The notes under the pieces: generated by a model | What the model was told of the DNA's origin: nothing | Database searches by the model: none | What the model saw: only the letters and a program-made list of their open reading frames with translations | Shown here: positions 1-11,410 of the stretch, piece by piece | Layout: every line of letters begins with the position of its first letter | Numbering within the stretch: the first letter of the stretch is position 1 | Made by a program: the position numbers and the translations under genes | NCBI RefSeq assembly: GCF_902713615.1 | Contig: NW_024055480.1 | Span: forward strand, 62,001 to 97,386 | Direction of reading: 5' to 3' | DNA: 35,386 nucleotides | Origin: Scyliorhinus canicula | Taxonomy: Eukaryota

Positions 1-59
1 GCCGGGGGCCTTTCCCGGGTGTTTATGAAGCTTCCGCTCCCTCCCTTCCCCCCGGTTCC

Positions 60-185
60 CGGCTCCATTCCTCCCTCCGTCCCACCGCCGCTCACCCGCG
101 GAAACAGCCCCTTCAGCGCTCGCAGAGCTTCGAGCAGGATGACAGTGCGCATGCTCCAGATACAACACTGTGCCTGCGCACTGGG
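60..185 (-). promoter_or_regulatory. CpG-rich probable promoter/first exon of a minus-strand gene leaving the window on the left
   Basis: NRF1-like TGCGCATGC at 146-154 and GCCTGCGCA at 172-180. Minus-strand splice donor CGG|GTGAGC with GT at 95-94. GC/CpG-rich context. Confidence 0.4.
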
Positions 186-940
186 CTCCTGTGGAGTGAG
201 TAGGGCACATTCACAGCCGCAATGGATGCTGGGTAATCCCTGCACCATTGAAACCTCAAACAACTAATACAAAATAACAATTTTGTCTTTTGACCTAAAC
301 TAATTTTAAAAAACTAGAAATGATTCTGAATTGATGATCTATGTTACGTTTGTCAGGGTTTTCCTGTGTGCCCATGCAGAGGTTTTAAAGCTTCTCAGCT
401 GTTTCTTCTCTCTCTACCCTGACGATGCTTACTCTGCCTGGGTTCAATTGCAAAGTCACTAATTTCTCTCTCTGTCCATGATACTGAATATTCATTGTTT
501 TTTGAATGATAATGCACAGAGGGGAACCATTTGGCTCATCATATCGGCTAGCAGTGTCCGAACCTGATAGAGTTTAATTGAATATTTCTACAGACCCCAC
601 CTACGGCAGTGACTTTAGTAACAAAGGGCCAAGGAAGGATTCCGGTGTGTTCAGCGTGGGTGAATTGTGGAATTACAAAGAAAAGATATTGATATCCTGA
701 ATCTTCAGAATTATCACTTGACTGGGATGTTTCAGCATGAAAAACTCCCATGTACTTGTCAGAGGCCATATCCAATGGACCTGTTAAAGCCAAACCATTG
801 TTGGACTGGGCTGGGCTTTAGGTGATTAGGTCTCGGTTTTGTTAACAAGGTCTGTACCAGACTGGAGCTGTGTGCTTGATTTCCCCATAATAGTTGAAGT
901 ATCCTTAGGAAATACACACAATGACAGTTGTCCTACAACA

Positions 941-1281
941 GGGCAGCACGGTAGCATAGTGGTTAGCATAGTTGTTTCACAGCTCCAGGATCCCAGGTTC
1001 GATTCCCGGCTTGGGTCACTGTCTGTGCAGAGTCTGCACGTTCTCCCCGTGTCTGCGTGGGTTTCGTCCGGGTGCTCCGGGTCCTCCCACAGTCCAAAGA
1101 TGTGCAGGTTAGGTGGCTTAGCTATGCTAAATTGCCCTTAGTGTGCAAAAAGTTGGGTGAGGCTACTGGGTTACGGGAGGGTGGAGGTGAGGGCTTGGGT
1201 AGTGTGCCCTTTCCAAGAGCCGCTGCAGACGTGAGGGGCCAAACGGCCTTCTTCTGCACTGTTAATTCAATGATTCTATGA
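941..1281 (+). mobile_element. HE1-like (V-SINE type) tRNA-derived SINE
   Basis: Head GGGCAGCACGGTAGCA..GGTTCGATTCCCGG with A/B boxes. Central GTGGGTTTC(C)TCCGGGTGCTCCGG..CCCACAGTCCAAAGA domain. Several near-identical copies in this window. Confidence 0.85.
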
Positions 1282-2049
1282 AATTTGATATTGTAGTGAT
1301 CACAGCCCCTCAAACAGTTACTGACAGAATTATTATGTATTCCGAAAGCTGCTTTGATTCTAGCTTCCATAGTGAAAACCTACCTCTCTGGGAGAAAGAA
1401 ACACAGCTTCTCCACAGCAGAAAGGAAATCACTCGCCCACCACTCCAATCCATAAATGATTTTGGATAATGCTGGTAAGTGTCCAGGGCAAACTTCTATT
1501 GGTAAGGTGAAGGGACATCAGCAGGATTTAGTGAAGAAGGTAAAAGCCAGGCAAATTGACTCACCAGGAAAGCTGTTCTGGAGGAGATTCAATGGGATCC
1601 ACCGAAAACACAAGATTGGCACCCCACCCAAAACAAAATCAATGGCATCGGTACGACAGACTCCAGCTAAACCTCAGTTAACAACATGTCAGGACAGTGA
1701 CCCTGATGTGACTATGATCAAAGATGCCGTACACCACAGCAAAGACTTTCCCTCATAGCAGGTCAGGACTCAGTCTTCCTACTTGATGAGAGTTTCTAGC
1801 ACAAGGTTGGTTTAAATTTGACTTTGGTCACATTTTAATGGCTTAGAAAAGAACCAGTATTGTTGATAGATCGAAGCAGGCCATTTTACTCTTTTTGAGT
1901 CCATAATATTTTATGTAATTACTATCGGTGGCTGAGGATGCACCAGAATGTCCATCAGCACCTGAATCGGTGTCTCATTCTGGTGAGATGGTCAGAAGTT
2001 TTCATCCCTCTGGAAAACAGACTCTGAAACAAGCTATCAGTTTGGTCTT

Positions 2050-2480
2050 CTCCCTTCGCAAGGAACCAAAGACATGATCTACACTGCGTGACAAACCAAA
2101 GAAAAATACAAGGAACAGCACCAATTGCAGTTCTTCGTCTTTTTTTGACACTGCTAAAAGTGATGTTTTATTCAGTATGTTCCTCAAATTTGGCTGTCCT
2201 CAGAACTTGGCCACCATCCTCCATCTGCACCACAATGACACACAAACCATGATCCTCATCAATGGAAACAGCCCAGACCCTATCTCGGTGAAGACTGGGA
2301 TCAGACAAGGCTGTGTTACTGCACCAACCCTCTTCCCCATTTTCCTCTCTGTATCCCACCTGTAGAAAATTACCCAAGGATGTGAAGATAATCGACAGGA
2401 CAGGAAACCTACACAACCTCCAAATCTAAACCAGAATCAGTCCAACCTCAGACATTAAGCTCCAGCCTGAAAATGCCTGA
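2050..2480 (+). mobile_element. RTE-clade LINE reverse transcriptase fragment (degenerate)
   Basis: Translation FGCPQNLATILHLHHNDTQTMILINGNSPDPISVKTGIRQGCVTAPTLFPIF matches the non-LTR RT G(V/I)RQG motif region in an RTE-like context. Confidence 0.7.
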
Positions 2481-2825
2481 CTCTGTTAAATCCATCCAAC
2501 TCCCTTGATTCGCTTACCCTTAATATCCTCGCTTCACAACCTTCCAGCAATCTCAGTGTTTTATATGTTCACAGAATCTGGTCAGAATTCTCGATTTCTC
2601 TATATTTCCTGTGGTGATTTTTTTTTAAAGTATTTTTATTCAACAAATTTTCAACAGTTTTACAAGACAAACCAACCCCACAAACCCCCACCCCGAAACA
2701 GTCGACAGTAACTGATTCCCAAAAATGCATGATGAACAAACCCCAACAATTGTAGAACCCACCAGTCACCCCCTTCAGAGCAAACTTCACCTTTTCCAGG
2801 GTCAGAAGCCCCAGCAGGTCCCCCG

Positions 2826-5410
2826 CCAGCCACACCGAGGCACAGGGTGGGGAAGCTGACCTCCATCCAGCCACACCGAGGCACAGGATGGAGAAGCTGA
2901 CCCCCACCCAGCCACACCGAGGCACAGGGACAGGGTGGAGAAGCTGACCTCCACCCCGTCACACTGAGGCACGGGGTGGAGAAGCTGACCTCCATCCAGC
3001 ACACCGAGGCACAGGGTGGAGAAGCTGACCTCCGCCCCGTCACACTGAGGCACAGGATGGAGAAGCTGACCTCCGCCCCGTCACACCGAGGCACAGGGTG
3101 GAGAAGCTGACCTCCACCCAGCCACACTGAGGCACAGGGTGGAGAAGCTGACCTCCACCCTGCCACACCGAGGCACAGGGTGGAGAAGCTGACATCCGCC
3201 CCATCACACTGAGGCACAGGGTGGAGAAGCTGACCTCCACCCAGCCACACTGAGGCACAGGGTGGAGACGCTGACATCCACCCAGCCACACCAAGGCACA
3301 GGGTGGAGACGCTGACCTCCATCCCGCCACACCGAGGCACAGGGACAGGGTGGAGAAGCTGACCTCCACCCAGCCGCACCGAGGCACAGGGTGGAGAAGC
3401 TGACCTCCACCCAGCCACACCGAGGCACAGGGTGGAGAAGCTGACCTCCATCCAGCCGCACCGAGGCACAGGGTGGAGAAGCTGACCTCCATCCAGCCAC
3501 ACTGAGGCACAGGGTGGAGAAGCTGACCTCGATCGCGCCATTCTGAGGCACAGGGTGGAGAAGCTGACCTCCACCCAGCCACACTGAGGCACAGGGTGGG
3601 GAAGCTGACCTCCACCCAGCCACTCCGAGGCACAGGGTGGAGACGCTGACCTCCACCCCGTCACACTGAGGCACAGGGTGGAGACGCTGACCTCCACCCC
3701 GTCACACCGTGGCACCGGGTGGGGAAGCTGACCTCCACCCAGCCACACCGAGGCACAGGGTGGAGAAGCTGACCTCCACCCAGCCACACTGAGGCACAGG
3801 GTGAAGAAGCTGACCTCGACCCCGCCATTCTGAGGCACAGGGTGGAGAGGCTGACCTCCTCCCCGCCACACCGTGGCACCGGGTGGAGAGGCTGACCTCG
3901 ACCCCTTCACACCGAGGCACAGGGTGGAGAAGCTGACCTCCATCCAGCCACACCGAGGCACAGGGTGGAGAAGCTGACCTACATCCATCCACACCAAGGC
4001 ACAGGGTGGAGATGCTAACCTCCACCCAGCCACACCGAGGCACAAGGTGGAGAAGCTGACACCCACCCAGCCACTCCGAGGCACAGGGTGGAGAAGCTGA
4101 CCTCCATTCAGCCACACTGAGGCACAGGGTGGAGAAGCTGACCTCCACCCAGCCACACCGAGGCACCGGGTGGAGAAGCTGACCTCCACCCAGCCACACC
4201 GAGGCACAGTGTGGAGAAGCTGACCACCACCCAGCCACACCGAAGCATAGGGTGGAGAAGCTGACCACCTCGCCACACCGAGGCACAGGGTGGAGAAGCT
4301 GACCTCCACCTAGCCACACCGAGGCACAGGGTGGAGAAGCTGACCTCCACCCAGCCACACTGAGGCACAGGGTGGAGAAGCTGACCTCCACCCCATCACA
4401 CCGAGGCACAGGGTGGAGAAGCTGACCTCCACCAAATCACACCGAGGCACAGGGTGGAGAAGCTGACCTCCATGTCGTCACACTGAGACAGGGTGGAGAA
4501 GCTGACCTCCACCCTGCCACACCGAGGCACAGGGTGGAGAAGCTGACCTCCATCCAGCCACACTGAGGCACAGGGTGGAGAAGCTGACCTCCATCCCGAG
4601 GCACAGGGTGGAGAAGCTGACCTCCACCCTGCCTCACTGAGGCTCAGGGCGGAGAAGCTGACCGCCATCTCGCCACACCGAGGCTCAGGGTGGAGAAGCT
4701 GACCTCCACCCTGCCTCACTGAGGCACAGGGTGGAGAAGCTGACCTCCACCCTGCCTCACTGAGGCACAGGGTGGAGAAGCTGACCTCCACACCGCCACA
4801 CCGAGGCACAGGGCGGAGAAGCTGACCTCCATCCAGCCACACCGAGGCACAGGGTGGAGAAGCTGACCTCCACCCTGCCACACCGAGGCACAGGGTGGAG
4901 AAGCTGACCTCCATCCCGTCACACTGAGGCATAGGGTGGAGAAGCTGACCTCCATCCCGTCACACTGAGGCACAGGGTGGAGAAGCTGACCTCCACCCTG
5001 CCACACCGAGGCACAGGGTGGAGAAGCTGACCTCCATCCCGTCACACTGAGGCACAGGGTGGAGATGCTGACCTCCATCCAGCCACACCGAGGCACAGGG
5101 TGGAGAAGCTGACCTCCACACCGCCACACCGAGGCACAGGGTGGAGAAGCTGACCTCCGCCCCATCACACCGAGGCATAGGGTGGAGAAGCTGACCTCCA
5201 TCCCGTCACACTGAGGCACAGGGTGGAGAAGCTGACCTCCACCCTGCCACACCGAGGCACAGGGTGGAGAAGCTGACCTCCACACTGCCACACCGAGGCA
5301 CAGGGTGGAGAAGCTGACCTCCACCCCATCACACCGAGGCACAGGGTGGAGAAGCTGACCTCCATCCCGTCACACTGAGGCACAGGGTGGAGAAGCTGAC
5401 CTCCACCCCA
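2826..5410. repeat. 41-bp minisatellite, about 63 copies, unit CCACACCGAGGCACAGGGTGGAGAAGCTGACCTCCACCCAG
   Basis: The period is directly visible (AGAAGCTGA at 3061 and 3102). There are occasional 6-bp insertion and deletion variants. Each unit contains the inverted repeat GGGTGGAG-N8-CTCCACCC. Confidence 0.97.
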
Positions 5411-5417
5411 ACAAAAC

Positions 5418-6335
5418 TAAGATACTAAGATTGGTGGAGTTGCAGATAGTGAGGTGGACTGTCAGAGAATACAGCAAAATATAGATAGATTGGAGAGTTG
5501 GGCAGAGAAATGGCAGATGGAGTTCAATCCAGGCAAATGCGAGATGATGCATTTTGGAAAACCTAACTCAAGAGCAGACTATATGGTCAATGGAAGGGTC
5601 CTGGGGAAAATTGATGTCCAGAGAGATCTGGGAGTTCAGGTCCATTGTATCCTGAAGGTGGCAACGCAGGTTTATAGAGGGGTCAAGAAGGCATACAGCA
5701 TGCTTGCCTTCATCGGATGGGGTATTGAGTACAAGAGTCAGCAGGTCATGTTACAGTTGTATCCGACTTTGGTTAGGCCACATTTGGAATACTGCGTGCA
5801 GTTCTGGTCGCTACATTACTAGAAGGATGTGGATGCCTTGGAGAGGGTGCAGAGGAGGTTCACCTGGATGTTGCCTGGTATGGAGGGTGCTAGCTATGAA
5901 GAAAGGTTGAGTAGATTAGGATTGTTTTCGTTGGAAAGACGGAGGTTGAGGGGAGACCTGATTGAGGTCTACAAAATTATGAGAGGTATGGACAGGGTGG
6001 ATAGCAACAAGCTTTTTCCAAGAGTGGGCGTGTCAGTTACAAGGGGTCACGATTTCAAGGTGAGAGGTGAAAAGTTTACGGGAGATGTGCGTGGAAAGTT
6101 TTTTACGCAGAGGGTAGTGGGTGCCTGGAACGCTTTGCCAGCGGAGGTGGTAGAGGCGGGTACGATAGCATCATTTAAGATGCATCTGGACAGATATATG
6201 AAAGGGTGGAGAACAGAGGGAAGTAGACCTTGGAAAATAGGAGACAGGTTTAGATTAAGGATCTGGATCGGCGCAGGCTGGGAGGGCCGAAGGGCCTGTT
6301 CCTGTGCTGTAATTTTCTTTGTTTGTTCTTTGTTT
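5418..6335 (+). mobile_element. 5'-truncated CR1 LINE inserted into L1 ORF2, 5-bp TSD AAAAC
   Basis: TKIGGVADSEVDCQRIQQNIDRLESWAEKWQMEFNPGKC...LYPTLVRPHLEYCVQFWS...RRLRGDLIEVYKIMRG is the CR1 RT C-terminus, with an in-frame stop at 5820-5822. 3' tail GGGCCGAAGGGCCTGTT. AAAAC at 5413-5417 and 6336-6340. Confidence 0.92.
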
Positions 6336-8311
6336 AAAACCCGCCTGCGAGCAATCAGCAAGGTGAAGGCTGCAGCTCTGGCAGATCCAACACCCCGAAT
6401 ATGGCTTCTAGGGGATCGGGCTCCACGTCCACATGTAAACACCCTGAAATGGTGCTGAACACAGTCCTCCAAAACCTTTTCAACTTTGGGCAGGACCAAA
6501 ACATATGTACGTGATTCGCAGGGCCCCTCCCACATTGCTCACAGACATCCTCCACTCCTTCAAACAGCTGGCTCAGCCTAGGTTTGTGAGGTGCGCCCTG
6601 TATATTACCTTCAGCTATATCAGTCCAGGCGTCACACAGGAAGTCAAGGCATTTACTCTCCGCAGCACATCACACCATGGACCCTCTTCCAGGACCACCC
6701 TAACTCTTCTTCCCACTTCGCCTTAACCCCCTCCATAGACACCCCAACATCCTCCAAGATCCTCCCGTAAATTACCGAGACAACACCCCTCTGACAGCAC
6801 CGCCTCCAGCAACAAGGTAGGCGCAATCGGGAAGACCTTCTTCGCAAAGTCCTGCACCTGCATATACCTAAAGTGTTCAGCAGCCCAAACGTCTCGTCCA
6901 ACTCCTTCAAACTCGCAAATCACCCTCTGAGAAAATCCATCATTTCCTTAATCCCCCTCTCTTCCCATCCCCAAAACATTGCATTAAATCTCCCTGGCTC
7001 GAACTCATGATTCCCTCTGATTGGCATCCCTCCCAAGCCAGCTCCCAACCTAAAATTCTGTCTAAACTGCCTCCAGATCTTCAACGTGGCAGCCACCACT
7101 GGACGACCATCTTCTCCCTTGGGGCCATTGGGAGTAGCGCCGTCGTCAGCTCGAACACCCCAGCAAGAACCCGTCTTCATCCTCACTCACACAGCGCATC
7201 CCCCCCCCCCCCCAACAAATTTGGGAGGCCTAACTCCCTCTGCAATATTTCCTTCCTAATCCACGCCACCTTCCCACCCAAACAAACGAGGAGATCGGTC
7301 TGTCGACCCTCCTAAAAAACGCTTTGGGCAAAACGACCGGCAGACACTGCAACAAAAACAGAAATCGCGGCAAAACATTCATCTTTCCTGCCTGCCAACG
7401 ACAGAGGGAGATTATCCCAGCTCAGCAAATCAGCCTTCACCCTCCCCACCAAGCTGGTGAAGTTAAAATTCCGAAGCCCTGCCCAATCTTGGGCCACCCG
7501 CACCACCAAATACCAATAATGAGACGCTGCCAGGCAAAATGCCCCCCCCCTCCCCCCCCCCACCTATCACCCCTCCCACTTCTGGAGGGGAGACCGCAAA
7601 ATACTCACTTTTCCCTCAATTCAATTTTTATCCTGAAAACGTTCTAAATCTCTGGTGCAATTCCATTATATTCCCCACCAAAGAGCTTGGCTCTGAAATA
7701 TACAGGAACACATATTCTGCACTGAAGGACACCCACCACAACCCAAGCTCCTCGGCTCAATAGACAAGAGCTCTATAGCCATTGCAAACAGAGAGGGGAC
7801 GTGATGCATCCCTGTCTCGTTCCCCGGTGCAATGCTAAATACCCAGAGTTCATACTATTGGTGGACATGCTCATCATCGGCTCCTTATACAGCAGCTGCA
7901 CACATTCCATAAACTTCAGCCCAATCCCACCACCAAATAACTCCATGCCATTCGATCAAATGCCTTCTCCACCTCCACCACCATCTCATCCCCCTCCCCT
8001 CTGCCGGAGAGAGTACCACGTTTAAAAACCTCCTTACATTAGAGAACAGCTGTCTTCCCTTTACGAACCCCGTCTGTCTTCCCCAATCACCTCTGTGAGG
8101 CACCCTTCCAACCTTAACACCAATACCGTTAACGCCAATACCAGAATCACCAGTCGGGTCCCGCCGCCATCCCTGCCTACATTCTCCCAATCGCCACCTC
8201 CCCATGCAATTAAATCCCACATACTCAATCACCGCCCCTCTCTTGTGACAGAAGCTCTGGTCTGCAGTAACCCCTCATCCATTTTCTACCCTTCTCCAAA
8301 ACTGTATCTTT

Positions 8312-8655
8312 GGGCAGCAGGGTAGCATGGTGGTTAGCATAAATGCTTCACAGCTTCAGGGTCCCAGGTTCGATTCCGGCTTGGGTCACTATCTGTGCGG
8401 AGTCTGCACGTCCTCCCCGTGTGTGCGTGGGTTTCCTCCGGGTGCTCCGGTTTCCTCCCAGTCCAAAGATGTGCGGGTTAGGTGGATTGGCCATGCTAAA
8501 TTGCCCATAGTGTCCTTAAAAGTAAGGTTAAGGGGGGGGGGGGGGGGGTTGTTGGGTTACGGGTATAGGGTGGATACATGGGTTTGAGTAGGGTGATCAT
8601 TGCTCGGCACAACATCGAGGGCCGAAGGGCCTGTTCTGTGCTGTACTGTTCTATG
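8312..8655 (+). mobile_element. HE1-like SINE nested in L1
   Basis: Near-identical to the copies at 13801, 14966 and 20398. CR1-like tail ending CTGTACTGTTCTATG. Confidence 0.9.
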
Positions 8656-8664
8656 TATCCATCT

Positions 8665-8940
8665 AATGCAATAATCTGTATTCTCACAAGTAGGCTTACA
8701 TTAAGGCTGAAATGAAGTTACTGTGAAAAGCCCTGACTGTTCAGATACACTGAGGGAGAATTCAGAATGTCCAAATTACCTAACAAGCACGTCTTTCGGG
8801 ACTTGTGGGAGGACACTGGAGCACCCGGAGGAAACCCACGCAGACACAGGGAGAATGTGCAAGCTCCAAACAGACAATGACCCAACCCGGGTCCCTGGCT
8901 CTGTGAAGGAACAGTGCTACCCACTGTGCTACCATGCTGC
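8665..8940 (-). mobile_element. V-domain SINE with a different tail (GGCTTTTCACAGTAACTTCATT...), nested in L1
   Basis: Reverse complement of a tRNA-like head plus GGAGCACCCGGAGGAAACCCACGCAGACACAGGGAGAA. The tail is shared with the SINE at 14332. Confidence 0.75.
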
Positions 8941-11410
8941 AGTGCGTGATCTGAGATCACTATTGCCGAGCACTCAGACTTCGCATTTCCAGCGAACAAC
9001 GCATTTCCGACAAAAAAGTCAGTTCTCGAAAACACCTTGTTCACCGAGAAGAAAAACGAATACCCCCGAACCCTTGGGTGCAAAACCCCCACGGGTCTAC
9101 TCCCCCCCCCCACCACCTCCTTCATGAGCCCAGTCAATGCTTTCGCCCCCCCCCCCCCCCCCCCCACTACGTCAGCGAGCGTGGCTTGGTCCTGTCCACC
9201 TTTGGTTCCAGCACTATGCTCCAATCCCCGCCCCCTACTATCAGCTGATGGGTATCCAGATCCGGGATGGCACCCAGCACTCTCCACACAAATCCCGCAT
9301 CGTCCCATTCAGGGCCATATCAACTTGCTAGCGCCACCAACCTCCCCTCCAACGCACCCCTCACTATAATTATCTGCCCCCCGACCAGCCACCAGCTATT
9401 TCACCTGAAACTTTACCCTCTTCCCCAACAATATAGCCCCCCCCCCCCCCGAGCCCGACTATCAAACCCCGAATGAAACAACTGACTCACCCAATCCTTC
9501 CAAAACTTCACCTGATCCTTCACCCTTTTGTTACTATTGAACCCCTCCCCCCTCCCAGAATCACCCATTCACCTCCTCTTGCAAACACCTCACCCAGTAT
9601 CGATCCCCTCCTCCCACCATTCACACCTCCCAGGTCCATTGAAATCTGCTCGACCAGGCTCCAACAACCACGGCCCCTGCCACACCACACTCCCGTTCAC
9701 TAGCCAAATTTTGTTAGCTCGTGCGATGACCCCCACCAGAGCCCCCCTCCTCTCCACCCCTTCCTCAGTAACCTCCCACATGTCCAAAAACCCACCTTCC
9801 TTAAACCAAAGAACAATACTGAACCTCACCCAGAAAGAAACAAGAAAAAGCAAAACCCAAAACACATGGGAACAAACCCGCCCCCATTCAAAACACCCAA
9901 TCAAACAGAAAGCCCTCCCGAAGACAAACACTATCCCCGTCCCCACCAACCAAATCCCAACGCTCATCTCAGTCCCAGTCCTTCAGCTTTAACGAACGCC
10001 TCCACCGCCTTAAAATAAAAATCCCGAGAATTGTGAGTCACTCTCAACTTCGCAGGTTAGACCACTCCGAATCTCACTCGCTGCCAATGCCGCCCTCTCC
10101 CCGTCAAAGACCGTCTGCCAACTCTGCAGCTCCACCATCAGGTCTTGGTATGTTCATATGCCAATGTCTTCCCACACCTCGCCTCTGCTTTGTCCAGCTC
10201 AAAACCCTCTCCTTCACGTGGTCGCTGTGGAAGCAGAATTTACCAGCCCTTGGTGGCTCATTCGCTTTAGGCTTCGGCCTGAGCGACCAATGTGCCCTGT
10301 CCAACTCATAGTGGGAGGGATCTTCCCCCTCCCCCATCAACTTCTCAAATACCCTCACAAAGTACTCAGCCGGCCTCAGGCCCTCCACCCCCTTGGGCAG
10401 GCCCACAATTCTCAAATGTTGTCTTCTCGACCTGTTCTCCAGGTCCTGCACCTTGGCTCTGAGCCGTTTGTTCACCTCAACCACCCTCCACAGCTCCTCA
10501 CTGATAGGTCTGTACTTTGGTTAATATATCTGAAGTGTCGCCGCACTAATATATTACTCTGCAGAACTTGGAACTGAGCTTCATGTGTGAAGTAATTTGT
10601 CTTTTATTCAGTTAGTTTCAGATATCTCTTGAACAGGTCAGTTTGCAAATACAGAGTATTTACAGTTAGTTTTGTCTAAGCAAATACAGAGCACTGAGTT
10701 GAATTCAATAAAAGGTACAGCTCTTGATAATTTCTTCTAACTGAATACACGATACAGAGAAGTTGAAAATAAACAAAATGGCGGTTCAAAGCGAAAGTGC
10801 AGAAAGTAGCTTCAGAAATTAAGTAAGGTGATTCTGGAATGAATTGTTGAAAATCGGCAGTACTTTTTAAGGTTATAGCTATTACCAATGTCTGTCCCCT
10901 TTCTGGCTGTGATTGGGTTAAAGTAATTATAATATTATTTAATCCGATTGAGATTTCTGTCCACCAAATTTAGGTATGGGGTGATTGAAATACATATTTC
11001 ATATGAGCCTTATCCGTTGTCATGAAAACAGTTTCGGGGAATATTGCCCAGAAACTTTAAATTAACAAAATGTGTCCTTGCTCTGTCTGGCTTCTTTATC
11101 TTGATGTTTCTCATGCGATTCAGCATTTTTACTGTCCTGTTTGCAATTTGGGTTTTTTAACAAATCATTTTAAGAAGCCATTTTAACTCTTGGGCCATTT
11201 ATTCTTTTACACTTGTGAGACTAAAAAGGTAATTTATACTAAAAGGTAAATTCTATCACTCACTCATCGAGGTGAACACTGTATTTAATGCAATTCATGT
11301 CCATTCTATTAATCCCTTTAACTGGGCTGGGGTATAACATCAATGGAAACAAATAAGAACTGTCAGAATGAACATGATTCAGTCCTGGGTTTAATATCCA
11401 ATCCCTGTAA

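Larger units (their letters stand above)
2618..10502 (-). mobile_element. Decayed L1/Tx1-type LINE (ORF1 + ORF2 remnants) with internal deletions and nested insertions
   Basis: Minus-strand motifs in the expected order: ORF1 DLENRSRRQHLRIVGLP (10104-10484); endonuclease SRTDFF...ISDHA (~8945-9100); RT DQTGFVKGRQ (~8050-8100); WDNLPLSLAGR (~7390-7430); CCHC CEQCGRGPANHVHMFWSC (~6490-6550); C-terminus LLTLEKVKFALKG; AATAAA at 2640-2635 and a poly(A) remnant at 2626-2618. Confidence 0.88.

Noticed and set aside
300-2040. Short ORFs (548-793, 1278-1469, 1456-1758) as exons
   Set aside because: No motif that I can recognise. They may be old TE debris, but I cannot support a call.
2660-5383. Long Cys/Trp-rich ORFs (e.g. 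549 aa at 2660-4309) as a repeat protein gene
   Set aside because: These are artefacts of a 41-bp unit cycling through three frames (41-aa period). Overlapping ORFs appear in all minus frames, with no promoter or splice support.
2826-5410. CRISPR-like array (palindromic repeats at regular spacing)
   Set aside because: There are no unique spacers and the whole 41-bp unit repeats. The unit is L1 ORF2 sequence, the context is vertebrate and there are no cas genes.
2826-5410. Immunoglobulin switch-region-like or AID target array (one AGCT per unit)
   Set aside because: The unit has no strong G skew (15 C, 12 G) and only one AGCT per 41 bp. Its L1 origin explains it, and it lies more than 25 kb from the V segments.
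5454-6458. ORFs 5454-5822 and 5829-6458 as host genes
   Set aside because: They are the CR1 RT C-terminus split by a stop codon and running into L1 sequence.
10490-10530. Target-site duplication for the L1 element
   Set aside because: No convincing match between the sequence left of the T run at 2618 and the sequence right of 10502.
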